From Bacteroidota bacterium (GTDB lineage: Bacteria; Bacteroidota; Bacteroidia; Chitinophagales; JADIYW01): a DNA stretch of 64,000 bases. The stretch is taken from the NCBI GenBank assembly GCA_016705125.1, contig JADIYW010000028.1:192041-256040 (forward strand), given 5' to 3'. The notes under the pieces are model-generated. The model was not told where the DNA came from, did not search any database, and saw only the letters and a program-made list of their open reading frames with translations. Below are positions 53,570 to 64,000 of this stretch, one piece after another. The translations under genes and the position numbers were made by a program. Numbering within the stretch: the first letter of the stretch is position 1; each line of letters starts with the position of its first letter.

Positions 53570-53940
53570 TTTTAACTAATTGAGGAGGTCAGCAGTCGAA
53601 AGTCAGCAGTCCGCTGAAAAGTTATTTGTTATTAAGTTATTGGTTATTAGAAGAGTTTAATTTGAGGATGTTTACTGTTGACGGTTCACTGAAAGGAAGT
53701 CCACGGTCCGCGGTCGACAGTCCACTGTAAGGTTATTGGTTATTTGGTTACTTGTATTCATTAAACATTTAAAATTTAACAATTTTGTCCTTCATTAGCT
53801 AATTCGCTAATTATTTCATTATTTAATTCGCCCTTTCTTGATTCTTGTTTCTAAAAATCTTGGGTCCATTAAACATTTAACATTAAGAATTCAACATTTA
53901 AATTTCATTACTTAATTATTTCATTCATTCCCTTTCTTTT
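53570..53940. repeat. long word-mosaic array, including the inverted copy (B) of the 19971-20175 composite repeat
   Basis: taattcgctaattatttcatt (53800-53820) is the exact reverse complement of the 21-bp core at 19996/20081. 53833-53877 matches the reverse complement of 20031-20068 (34/38 plus a 7-nt indel). CAGTC and TTATTGG modules lie at 53588-53755. Confidence 0.65.
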
Positions 53941-54016
53941 CAACAATAAAATTAAAAAAGCATAAAATAAATACCACCAAAAAAAATAAAACATACCTTT
54001 ATAAAAAAATAGTAAT

Positions 54017-56053
54017 ATGAATATTTTAAAACGTATTAGCTCAGCTCTTTTAATTTTGATTATTTTATTCTCTTGTAAAAACTTTGGGAATCGACCACCC
54101 AAAAAAGATGTTGTTGCTTCATTAATGGATACCACTGTAAATCCTGGTATAGATTTTTCAAAATATGCATTTGGCACATGGTTAAAAAATAATCCTATTC
54201 CGGCTGCATACAGCTCCTGGGGAATTGGCAACTTAGTAAATGAAGATGTATTAGAAAAGCTAAAAGTAATTAACGAGAAATCCATGAAATCTGATGCAAA
54301 AATGGGTTCAAATGACCAAAAAATAGGTGATTTTTATGCCTCTGGAATGGATTCAGCAGGTATTGAAAAAGCGGGTATTTCTGTTTTAAAAACAGAATTA
54401 CAAGCCATTAGCAATATTAAAAATACTACTGATTTAATAAATGTTGTTGCACATTTACATACCATAGGTATTCGTCCGTTATTTGATATGGATGTTTATC
54501 AAGACCAAATAAATAGTGAGGTATATGCATTATATTTAACGCAGGGCGGCATAGGAATGCCAAACAGAGATTACTATTTTAATATAGATGAAAGAACCAC
54601 TAAAATAAGAAATGATTATCGAAATACCCACCTTAGCAAAATGCTATCCTTGGCAAATTTTGATGGAACAAAAGGGGCAAAAGCGATCTATTCAATAGAA
54701 GAAAAATTGGCACAAAAATCCAGAAAATTAGAAGAATTAGATGACCCTTATGCAAATTATAATAAATATAGTTTGGCTAAATTAAATACACTCACACCTT
54801 CTATCAATTGGTCAGATTTCTTCTCAAAAACAGGTGTTAAAAACATTGATACTTTTATAGTTGGACAGCCTGAATTTTTTACTCAATTAGAAAGTTTAAT
54901 GAAAACAACTCCAATTGAAGATTGGAAAGCTTATCTTAATTACCGCTTATTAATAGACAATGCGCCATATTTAAATAGTGTATTTGTTGACGAACAATTC
55001 CGATTTTTTGGGAAAACGATAAGTGGAAAAACAGAAAAACTTCCAAGATGGAAACGCGTTTTAAATAATGAAGAAGATGTAATGGGTGAATTGCTCGGAC
55101 AGCAATTTGTAAAAGAATTTTTTCCGCCAAAAACGAAAAAAAGATATGAAGACATGGTAGATTCCATTATCTCCGTTTTTCATGATAGAATAATTGCCCT
55201 CGATTGGATGACACCAATAACGAAGGAAAAAGCACTTAAAAAACTTTCTACTATCTCAAAAAAAGTAGGCTATCCTGACACATGGAAAGATTTTAGTGAT
55301 TTAAAAATTGTTAAAGGAAACTATGTTCAAAATATGCTTAATGGACAACAATGGTGGTATAATTATAATATTAGCAAATTAGGAAAAAAAGTAGACAGAA
55401 ACGAATGGGAAATGACTCCACAAACCTATAATGCCTATTATAATCCTTCAAATAATGAAATTGTTTTGCCAGCAGGTATATTTGTAATTCCTAATTATAA
55501 AGATGAAGATATTGATGATGCTGTAGCCTTAGGTTATGCAGGTGCTTCTACAATAGGACACGAAATCACCCATGGATTTGATGATTATGGACGGCAATAC
55601 GATGAAAAAGGAAATTTATTTAATTGGTGGACACCAGAAGATGAAAAACAATTCCTTCAAAGAACGCATCTAATGGTTGAACAATTTAGTAGTTATGTGG
55701 TTTTGGACAGTTTACATATAAATGGAGAATCCACTTTAGGCGAAAATTTAGCCGATTATGGAGGCATCTTACTTGGATTAGACGCCTTAAAACGTACCAA
55801 ACAATACAAAGAAAATAAATCAATTGCTGGATTAACTCCTACTCAACGGTACTTTTTGGGATATGCTTTAGGTTGGCTTGGCCATTCAAAACGGGAAAGA
55901 ATTGCCAACCAAGTTTTAACTGATGTACATTCACCTTCTTACCTTCGAGTTAATGGACCATTTTCCAATATTCCTGAATTTTATGCTGCTTTTGGCATTC
56001 AAAAAGGACAGCCGATGTGGCGCCCTGATAGTTTGCAAGTAAAAGTTTGGTAA
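54017..56053 (+). CDS. M13 family zinc metallopeptidase (PepO/neprilysin-like)
   Basis: 678 aa; HEITHGFD zinc motif, downstream GENLADYGG, N-terminal lipoprotein-like signal. Confidence 0.88.
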   Translation: MNILKRISSALLILIILFSCKNFGNRPPKKDVVASLMDTTVNPGIDFSKYAFGTWLKNNPIPAAYSSWGIGNLVNEDVLEKLKVINEKSMKSDAKMGSNDQKIGDFYASGMDSAGIEKAGISVLKTELQAISNIKNTTDLINVVAHLHTIGIRPLFDMDVYQDQINSEVYALYLTQGGIGMPNRDYYFNIDERTTKIRNDYRNTHLSKMLSLANFDGTKGAKAIYSIEEKLAQKSRKLEELDDPYANYNKYSLAKLNTLTPSINWSDFFSKTGVKNIDTFIVGQPEFFTQLESLMKTTPIEDWKAYLNYRLLIDNAPYLNSVFVDEQFRFFGKTISGKTEKLPRWKRVLNNEEDVMGELLGQQFVKEFFPPKTKKRYEDMVDSIISVFHDRIIALDWMTPITKEKALKKLSTISKKVGYPDTWKDFSDLKIVKGNYVQNMLNGQQWWYNYNISKLGKKVDRNEWEMTPQTYNAYYNPSNNEIVLPAGIFVIPNYKDEDIDDAVALGYAGASTIGHEITHGFDDYGRQYDEKGNLFNWWTPEDEKQFLQRTHLMVEQFSSYVVLDSLHINGESTLGENLADYGGILLGLDALKRTKQYKENKSIAGLTPTQRYFLGYALGWLGHSKRERIANQVLTDVHSPSYLRVNGPFSNIPEFYAAFGIQKGQPMWRPDSLQVKVW

Positions 56054-56062
56054 AAAATTAGA

Positions 56063-57061
56063 ATGAAAAAAATACATTACTTATTTTATTTTTGTTTACT
56101 TTTTTCATGCAAACATGATGTTTTAAATAAAAAAGAAACACCTTTTGTTGATCTAGAAAAATTAGAAGAATCGGGAAATATTGCTAGCTTAAGCAATGTA
56201 AAAATTTCAAATGATTTTGAAAATTGGCTAATTACGAATGGGTATAGCAACTACAATTTTACGCGCAATGACATTTCAGGTGGCTCTTTTGGTGGTAAAA
56301 AGAATGCTTCACAACTGATAAAAAAACAGCCCGTAATTTTTATTCATGGCAATGGAGACAAGGCAACAGGAACTATTTTTGGCCAAAATGGATGGACTAA
56401 AAGCATAAATTATTTTAAAGCGAAAGGATATACAAACGCTGAATTGTATGCCACCACTTGGGGCGATGCAAACATGTCGAATGCTGCTCAAAAATACCAT
56501 TCCAAGGCCTATTTATTGTATGTCAGAAAATTTATTGAAGCTGTTTTAGATTATACAGATGCCGAAAAAGTAGACATAATTACACACTCAATGGGCGTTA
56601 CTTTAACACGAAAAGCCATAAAAGGCGGCGCTGCCTTTGATGATGTAGAAAATGTCTTTTTTGATCTAGGAATGCCATTAACAAATAAAATAGATGCCTT
56701 TGTAGGAATTGCAGGGGCAAACAAAGGACTTACATCTTGTTATGTAACTAACGGAAATACTCCAACTTGTAATAGAATAAATGGCTTTTATCCGGGCAAT
56801 ACTTCAAATAATGGACTTTCCGAATTTCTTTTAGATCTTAATCAAACGAGCCATTTTGAAGGAAATTATGTATATTCAATTTGGAGCTTAGTAGATGAGG
56901 TTGTTTGTTGTGGATGCTTAGTTTATGGTCAAAATACTTGCAAAATTAATGGTCAAAATGGAGAAAAATCATTTATTTCTTATCCTTATGGTCATTTTGG
57001 ATTAAAAGATTATACCACAGCTATACAATATAAAATGGTTGTAAACCATAAAACAAATTAG
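56063..57061 (+). CDS. secreted alpha/beta hydrolase, lipase-like
   Basis: PVIFIHGNGD oxyanion region and nucleophile elbow THSMG. Confidence 0.55.
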   Translation: MKKIHYLFYFCLLFSCKHDVLNKKETPFVDLEKLEESGNIASLSNVKISNDFENWLITNGYSNYNFTRNDISGGSFGGKKNASQLIKKQPVIFIHGNGDKATGTIFGQNGWTKSINYFKAKGYTNAELYATTWGDANMSNAAQKYHSKAYLLYVRKFIEAVLDYTDAEKVDIITHSMGVTLTRKAIKGGAAFDDVENVFFDLGMPLTNKIDAFVGIAGANKGLTSCYVTNGNTPTCNRINGFYPGNTSNNGLSEFLLDLNQTSHFEGNYVYSIWSLVDEVVCCGCLVYGQNTCKINGQNGEKSFISYPYGHFGLKDYTTAIQYKMVVNHKTN

Positions 57062-57102
57062 TATATCCATTTTATAGTACATTTATTTTTCTAATTATTT
57101 CG

Positions 57103-58128
57103 CTAATATTTATACCTGTTTTGAAGCCACCTTTTCTTTAGAATGATAGTCAATTTGTAGATTCCAAATAATACAATTGAAATGAAAATACCTACTATTT
57201 CAAGGAAAGGAGCAAAGAAAGAATATTCTGTTGTTTCCATTCCTGCAACATCAAAAAAATACTTTTGCTTTTTGATGATTTTGTTATCCTTTATCAATAA
57301 TTCTATAAACGGATAATGGTCATTACTTACTTCTCCGCCTTCGATAGAAACTAAAAAAAATCTATTGTCAAATTCTAATATAGGTTTCCTATGGCGAATA
57401 CTATCATCAGTAGTTGATACATAAGTGGAATAACGCTCTTTACTTGTTACAAATTCTATAACTTGAATATCATATCCATTACTTACCATCTTTTTACCCT
57501 CCATTGTATTTTTCACAAAAGATGAGTTTATAACCAGCTTTTGTAATTGAGAAATTTCTTTTGGACTAAGCTTTAAATTTTTATCATTTGCTATTTCTTT
57601 ATAATCCGATAAATTTCCCCTATTTGGCAAATTTTCAAAAACCATAAATGCTCTTTTAAAATTCAATTCATACAAGTCAGAAATATTATAATAATTGTTA
57701 CTTGAAATGCTATTGCTTAATATTTTGAATTGTTCTTCATCATATTTCTTTTCTAGCATTGTGATAGATATAATTTCATTGGCATCTTTCACCTCAGCGA
57801 ATAAAGAAGGTCTTTTGAAATAATAACCCCAATAGTATTTATTCAATCCACAACCAACTATAGTCAATACTAATAAAATTGGGAGAAAAAGTTTTCCTAA
57901 ATTAGTTAAAAGTATAGATTTAATATTTTGTCCAATTGAAATCGCAATTACCAAAGGCAATATTAGGGTTGAAAAAATCCAAGAAAAATCATTTGAAATA
58001 TAATAATACAAGAAATAATATAAGTCGTCATGCTGAAATACGAATTGGATTATAATCCTTATTATGGAATAAATAATGGAAGCCTTTAGAAGGGTTTGAA
58101 TTATTTTTGACTTATTCAAAATGAACAT
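57103..58128 (-). CDS. hypothetical membrane protein (341 aa)
   Basis: Open frame with N- and C-terminal hydrophobic helices. Confidence 0.3.
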   Translation of the reverse strand: MFILNKSKIIQTLLKASIIYSIIRIIIQFVFQHDDLYYFLYYYISNDFSWIFSTLILPLVIAISIGQNIKSILLTNLGKLFLPILLVLTIVGCGLNKYYWGYYFKRPSLFAEVKDANEIISITMLEKKYDEEQFKILSNSISSNNYYNISDLYELNFKRAFMVFENLPNRGNLSDYKEIANDKNLKLSPKEISQLQKLVINSSFVKNTMEGKKMVSNGYDIQVIEFVTSKERYSTYVSTTDDSIRHRKPILEFDNRFFLVSIEGGEVSNDHYPFIELLIKDNKIIKKQKYFFDVAGMETTEYSFFAPFLEIVGIFISIVLFGIYKLTIILKKRWLQNRYKY

Positions 58129-58242
58129 GTTTAAATCGGGTTAAATTAGTCATATAAATATACAACTAATAAATTTAATAAGATTGAAATGATTTTTTAA
58201 AATTTATCAATCTGATTATTTTGAAGTCTTAAAGAGAGCTAA

Positions 58243-59587
58243 TCACAAAACAAATTGATTTAAATCACTAAGCAAACTTAGCTTTTCAACTGCTTCATTT
58301 TTAAGCCATTTTACTATTTTGGGAAATTTTAAAATCACACCGCTTTTATGCCTTTTTGAAGGTAGCACGGCAGTATAGGATACTTTAAAAAGCTGAGTTG
58401 GAACTACACTTCTAATAGGTCCAAATTTTTCTTTTGTATTATTTGCTATAAATTGCTCCAATTCTTTTTGTGTTTGTTCGTCCAAATTATTTAGTGCTTT
58501 AGTGATGGGCACCAATTCCACCTCTCCCATTATGCCAAAGGTAAAATCTATGTATTCATTTGCATTTTTTAAATTCCCTTTGGTAGCATATAACAATACG
58601 AGGATTATTTCTTTTGGTGGAATTTGCCATAATGACATTTGATTTTCATAACCCGAACCGTCTAAAATCTGTTTGCGAATAAAAAAACCTTCCAAGAAAT
58701 CATTTTTTGATTTTTCAAAAAAATTCAGCCATTCTTTTTCTGTTCCTATTTCATAGCTTGGATTTATATTTATTAAATGACTATCCAAGCTGTCAACTAT
58801 TTTTTGTAAAATAGCCATTCTTTCATCCATTGATTGAAAACGAATATCTGTTCCCTCAAACTCTAATACATCGGTTGCCATAAAAATAATAGACAATTCA
58901 TTTGGAATGGGATTTATTTTGCTTTTACCAATCCTCTCCTTTATGATGTCGATTTGACAAACTTTTTCAGCTTTCAAAACAACTATATAACCTTCTAAAA
59001 CAGTTTCAGATGGCAATTCATTTTTCAATCCCTTGAATTCTAGAAACAAATTGGTAATTAATTCATTGGATTCTGTCCACAAAATAATCGAATGATCTCT
59101 AATGATTACTTGTACCCTTTCCTTTTGCCACGCTTTTTCAATTCTATACTTTTTACATTCTTCCCAATTAATATTTATCTTTTCCAGCAAAGAATAATGA
59201 CTAAATGGTTTTTTGAAAATAAAAATTCAACGCTATTTTGTCTTTTGTATCAATAGTTTCAATTAATTTACCCATTTCTAACAATGATAAATTTTCCCTT
59301 TCTTCATTTTCCGGATTTGCCAATAATGTAATGGTCTCCGCCAAATCACCCGAAACTTCCAAGCATTTCTCAAGTAACCAATCAGGTAAATTAGCGACTT
59401 CAAAAAGCCATTCTTTTATTTCACCATTCGTCACAAATCGTTTTTGTCTTTTTCCAATGACCAATTCCAAAGCAAATAATTTATCTTTAGAATTGGCCAT
59501 TTTCAAATATTGTAACAATATCATTCCCTTTTCTTCAACAGATAATGCTTTTTTTGTATTGAGAATTAGGTTATAAAATAGTTTCAT
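58243..59587 (-). pseudogene. ATP-dependent DNA ligase (ligase-associated damage-response type), frameshifted and with degenerate catalytic motifs
   Basis: The N-terminal DNA-binding-domain piece (59201-59587) and the body (58243-59190) are separated by a frameshift at an A6 run (T6 on +, 59209-59214). The expected E-x-KWDGIR reads EKAWQKER. The C-terminal SKRHKSGVILKFPKI replaces RFPRI. Confidence 0.6.
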
Positions 59588-60605
59588 TTATTCGGGATTT
59601 GTTTCGACACTTGATTTCTTTTTTGCTTGTTCAAAATGGGTATCAATCGTTTTAGCATTATATCCATTTTCGTTTAAATACTTGGCAAATGCATCGGTAT
59701 AACCGTGTGTAACCAAAATCTGCTCTGCTTCCGATTGTTTCACTGCCCACAAAAGTCCTTTCCAATCCGCATGGTCCGACAATACAAATCCCTTATCCAC
59801 TCCCCCGCCAAAATTGCGCTTTTGCAGCATCATCCAACCCGATGAGGAAGCAGTGGCAAAAGGTCGTAGTTTGCGAATGGCTGCTGTGCCCATTGAGTTT
59901 GGCGTTATCATCACCAGTTGTCCTTCCAATTCTCCACGACTTATATCTGCTTTTAATGCTATGGTAGGTTTCAAGTCAACTCCTTGATTTCGAATGACTT
60001 GATTGGTATTTTCGATTGCCTGATTGCAATATATTTTCCCAATCTTATGATCCAAATTTTGAATAATACGCTGCGCTTTACCCAATGAATAGGCACAAAC
60101 GACTGAGGTAATACCGTTTTTTTGGTTCTCCTTCCACCAATTATTCATTTCGTCAAATATCAAATGTTGCGGCTGCCAATCAAAAATGGGTAATGCAAAA
60201 GTACTTTCTGTAATAAATGTATGGCATTTTACGGGTTCAAATGGCTCACTAAATCCATCATCTTCTGTTTTATAATCTCCCGAAACAACCCAAATTTCGC
60301 CTTTATAGGCTATCCTTACTTGCGCAGAACCAAGAATGTGTCCGGCAGGATGAAAGGAAAAATCGACACCATTTATATTTAAAGGCTGTCCATATTCTAA
60401 TGTTTGAATTTGGGCTCTACTTGTCAATCGAAATTGGATAACGGGACGAGCCGTAGCGGCGCATAAATATGCGCCATGGTTGGAGGCGAGCATGATCTGC
60501 ATGTCCATGTGTGATGATTGCCTTATCTACTTTGCCATACGGATCTATATACACTTGAGCCAAGGGGCAATAGAGTCCATTTTTAGTGCTTATAATTAAA
60601 TCCAT
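59588..60605 (-). pseudogene. ligase-associated DNA damage response exonuclease (MBL-fold/beta-CASP), frameshifted
   Basis: MDLIISTKNGLYCPLAQVYIDP...ITHGHADHAR continues in another frame as ...SNHGAYLCAATARPVIQFRL. The break is near 60490-60500. Confidence 0.6.
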
Positions 60606-60756
60606 AGAACACAAATAACGCTATTTTTAATGTAAAAGAAGAAAATCATTTATTGGCCTTTAACAATCTTTATCATTTTTATTTGAAAATTATATTGCAA
60701 TTTTTTACTTCTTAAATAATTAATATTTAGTTTTATATCATAAAATTTTTACACAA

Positions 60757-61548
60757 ATGAATCGATTTATTTTTATTTTTATATTTACTATTTCGATAGG
60801 TCAGGTTTTTGCTCAAAAAAAAATAGAAGATATTGAATTAAAACCAAAAAAAGATATTGAACTAAAAATTCAAGGTAAGGATGGCACAAATGGGTCTGGT
60901 GTTGCTTATGACCCAATTTTAAAGCGTTATTACACAGCTATAGCTGGAAATGCTGGATATCCATTAGATGTTTTTGATAGAAGCGGTCGATTTATCGCTA
61001 CCAATACTTGTAATGCAGATATTAGAGGTTTATTTTATAATCCAGAATATAAAACCATCGAATGTAATACTTATGAAAATCATGACATTATGAGTTTTGG
61101 CTTTGAAAGCAATGGTAAATTTAAAATTAATTATCCTAAAATTGAATTGACAAAACTAGAAGCTACTGTACCAAATGCTTGCCTAAATTTCGATATTTTA
61201 AATAAGAAATATATCGCATTTGATCAAGCTAAAATGGCTGTTTCTAGGTTTAGTTATACCGATGGAAAAAAAGAAAGAGATTTAAGAGTTAGATTTCAAA
61301 ATAATGCAGAAAATATAAATTACACTTCAGTTGTTTATATTGATATCCAAGATGGGGCTTATGGATTTTTAGATTTTGTAAAAAAACAGGTTATATTAAT
61401 TAGTCCAAAAACTGGCAGTCCCTTGGCGACAATCCAATTACCTAGTGATGCTTTAACAAATAATGCTTTTAGATTTGCTTATGCAAATGGACAAATTTTT
61501 CTATATGATGTAGATAAAAGATCTTGGACTGGCTACAAAATTTTATAA
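60757..61548 (+). CDS. secreted hypothetical protein (263 aa)
   Basis: Signal peptide and an open frame only. Confidence 0.3.
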   Translation: MNRFIFIFIFTISIGQVFAQKKIEDIELKPKKDIELKIQGKDGTNGSGVAYDPILKRYYTAIAGNAGYPLDVFDRSGRFIATNTCNADIRGLFYNPEYKTIECNTYENHDIMSFGFESNGKFKINYPKIELTKLEATVPNACLNFDILNKKYIAFDQAKMAVSRFSYTDGKKERDLRVRFQNNAENINYTSVVYIDIQDGAYGFLDFVKKQVILISPKTGSPLATIQLPSDALTNNAFRFAYANGQIFLYDVDKRSWTGYKIL

Positions 61549-61559
61549 AAAAAACTAAC

Positions 61560-63358
61560 ATGAAATTTCCATCTTTTTATGAAGTTTCCCAAGAAACCCA
61601 AAAAGCTCTTTTTAGGTTTCCTATCGCTAGTTTGTGTGCAACAATTGGCACCGTTTTATCTATTTTATTAGTAAATTATGAACCATCAGAAACAGAAATT
61701 TTTCCTTGGATAAAATCCATTGGAATATGCCTTATTGGATTACCTTTATTTTTCTCTATTCATTTATATGTTGAAAAAAATGGAATTGTCAGTAATAAAA
61801 AAGTGGCTTTTTTACTTGGTGGAGCTTTAATCCTTTTATTCGCATTCTTAACTTTTCAATTGCATCCTCGGTTTGAAACGTCAACATCTTTATTTCGATT
61901 TTTTATTTGGCTGATTGCAGCGCATTTATTGGTTTCTATGAGTACATTCCAAAACAAAAGTGAAAAAATTGGATTTTGGCAAATAAACAAACTAATGTTC
62001 CTTAGGTTTGCAGGAAGTGCCTTTTTCTCGCTTGTTTTGTTTTTAGGATTGGCAGGTGCTTTATTATCTATAAAGGCATTATTTGAAATAGAAATTGACG
62101 AAAAATGGTATGCCTATTTATGGATATTTCTAGCAGGAATTTTCAATACCTTTTATTTCATGGCAGGCATTCCTGATGATATAAATTCTTTGCAAACCGA
62201 AACTCCATACCCTAAAGGATTACGAATTTTTGCTCAATTTATACTAATGCCACTTGTCATTATTTACTTAGTTATCCTTTACCTTTATGGTGGCAAAATT
62301 ATTTTCAAGGTCATTTACCAATTGGGTGGGTAAGTAACTTAATCCTCACCTTTTCTGTATTTGGTATTCTTGCGTTATTATTGATTTATCCATTGCGAAA
62401 TGACGAAAAACATCTTTGGATTAAATCCTATTTTAGGGCTTATTTCATAGCCATTTTGCCACTAATTGCATTGCTATTTGTTTCTATAATGAAACGAATA
62501 AATGACTATGGCATTACTGAATGGCGTTATATCGGATTCGTTTTGGGTTGTTGGTTATTGATTCTGTCTATATACTTTATTTTCTCTAAAAGTAAAAACA
62601 TTTTCTATATCCCATTTTCCTTATTTATAATATGTATTTTAGGAACAACAGGTTTTGGAATATGTTTCAAACCACTAAATTTAGCCAAGTAAAAAGATTG
62701 GAGCATCTATTAAGTGTAAATAAAATCTTGCAAAATGAAAAAATTGATTGCAATTTACCTCAAAAAAAGCTAAAAGCAGAGGAAGCCGAAAGCATCAAGT
62801 ATTGTAAATTATTTAGTTGATCAAAACATTATTCGGCCTTATTTCCGTATTTCGACAAAAATTGTTTGCCCTTGATTCTACAGCCTATGAAATAATTAAT
62901 AAAATACCTTATGTTGCGAGCGATAATTACAAACCATATACTTATAATACTATAGAAATTAATTTCAATAATCAAGTTCAAAAGCAAATAAATATAGAGG
63001 TTTTAAATACATTTATCCGCAATTAGAACTTTACAAAGGCTATGAAGAAAACATACCTGATATTCCAATTTCGATAATATTTAAAGACCATGAAATTTTA
63101 TTTTACAAAAACAAAAAACTCCAATTCAATTATAATATTTTGCCATTTACCCAAGAAATAATCAAAAAAAATAAAGAAAATGGTTTAATAAATATTGATA
63201 AAGAAACTTTTGTAGACATTAAAAACAAAGATAACCAGTCTTTTAGAATCATTTTTAATAATATTTTTATCGAAAAAGACCTTATGGATGAAACATTTTT
63301 AGACATTCAACATATAAATATTTCGGTACTGGAAAAAGGGGAAGTTATACTCAAATAA
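61560..63358 (+). pseudogene. polytopic membrane protein gene (DUF4153-like), fragmented into at least 5 frame pieces
   Basis: Successive ORFs at 61560-62333, ~62300-62692, 62632-62820, 62817-63026 and 63140-63358 read through each other in shifted frames. For example, KIIF then GHLPIGWVSNLIL after the T4 run near 62303. Confidence 0.45.
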
Positions 63359-63692
63359 AGCTCTATCGCTCCCAAATACTAACTAAATAAGCCAAATACT
63401 AATTGGATTTCATATTACCAAAAATCTTTATTTTATTTACGAAAAAATAAAAAAAAATAAAAAAGTAAAATTTATATACTTACTCATAGCTCTTTGTAAC
63501 CACCAATGCTAAAAAGAAAAATGATATTTCAATACAAGCCTAAAAATTAACTTGAAATATAACATATCGATCCAGTGTGGACTGACTGACCGTATTTTCT
63601 AATTAGACAAATCACAGATATAAAAAATGTTGATCATTTAATCTTTTTGTGAAAAATTTCTTTCTACCAATGAATTTTGACGTAATATAGAT

Positions 63693-64000
63693 TCATTCAT
63701 ATTGATTCAAAGCCTCTTTCAATCTAATTTTCACCTTCTCGGCTAAGTTAAATGGCTGAATTACAGAAACACTATCTGCATAGGAAAGAATTAATCTTTC
63801 CAACTCATAGTTAATTATAATATTCAGTGAGATTTCGATAGTGTTATCATCAATCTTTATCGGTTTTTTTTGTGAATTATGAAGTGGTTTGGTTACAATG
63901 TAGTTTCCTGTCCTTCCTTTAAAGTGCAAAACCACTTTTCTGGCTCGGCATCAAAAGGTTTGGTAACTCCGATAATATCTTCAAATATTCCTGCCAATTT
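63693..64000 (-). pseudogene. WYL-domain regulator, 3' part (5' end outside window), probable 1-nt frameshift near 63936
   Basis: ...KLAGIFEDIIGVTKPFDAEPEK in one frame joins VVLHFKGRTGNYIVTKPLHNSQ...VSVIQPFNLAEKVKIRLKEALNQY in another, at an A4 run. Confidence 0.45.

Noticed and set aside
53908-54285. 125-aa minus-strand ORF
   Set aside because: It overlaps the 5' end of the well-supported M13 peptidase gene and otherwise translates low-complexity repeat DNA. It is an ORF-finder artefact.
59588-60614. MBL-fold gene considered as a second beta-lactamase or resistance gene
   Set aside because: The HGHADH motif, the beta-CASP-like layout and the adjacency to an ATP-dependent ligase indicate the ligase-associated exonuclease family. 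It has no signal peptide and no B1/B3 lactamase motifs.
62381-63358. Four small ORFs (103, 62, 69 and 72 aa) considered as independent genes
   Set aside because: They chain together across frame shifts into one continuous membrane-protein-like sequence with the upstream 61560-62333 ORF.
1-64000. tRNA, rRNA or riboswitch elements in intergenic regions (for example a purine riboswitch upstream of deoD)
   Set aside because: Reading the spacers on both strands, I found no cloverleaf-compatible segments, no rRNA-like conserved blocks and no purine-riboswitch core. An Infernal or tRNAscan run would be needed to exclude them formally.

Overview
AT-rich chromosomal segment that looks Bacteroidota: it has a T9SS C-terminal sorting domain, GxxExxY and four-helix-bundle mini-genes, a short-form ornithine carbamoyltransferase arg operon, and TTTG/TAnnTTTG-like promoter elements. 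Gene order: (1) argD-argF'-argB-argE-argH operon, 1-4940. (2) An 8-kb Type I restriction-modification operon, 5130-13161, with three passenger genes between hsdS and hsdR: a decayed Shedu/DUF4263-like nuclease, a small unknown ORF, and a RAYT-type HUH transposase. (3) A GNAT acetyltransferase, a subclass B1 metallo-beta-lactamase and assorted housekeeping genes. (4) A frameshifted FG-GAP/T9SS surface protein, a TIGR03032-like protein and an orphan AAA ATPase. (5) A leucine/acyclic-terpene (liu/atu-like) catabolic cluster, 25725-39019. (6) deoD, kup, hemB, trhO, two tandem serine hydrolases, an M13 peptidase and a lipase. (7) A decayed ligase-associated DNA-damage-response module, a fragmented membrane-protein gene, and the 3' end of a WYL-domain gene. 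I saw no rRNA, tRNA or CRISPR array. The most unusual signal is non-genic. The liu/atu cluster is colonised by five small co-oriented single-gene cassettes (2 ORF6N, 1 four-helix-bundle, 2 GxxExxY/PD-(D/E)xK). Each sits exactly between a host stop codon and the next start codon and is bracketed by inverted arrays of short degenerate words. One pair of these is a perfect 26-bp terminal inverted repeat. The GTCGAC-rich word family that forms the inverted repeats of one cassette also occurs in frame inside four housekeeping ORFs, at six sites. Related word-mosaic arrays with a conserved module order fill several other intergenic spacers. At least eight accessory genes are disrupted while all long housekeeping ORFs are intact. 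All homology calls come from reading the translations by eye, with no database search.
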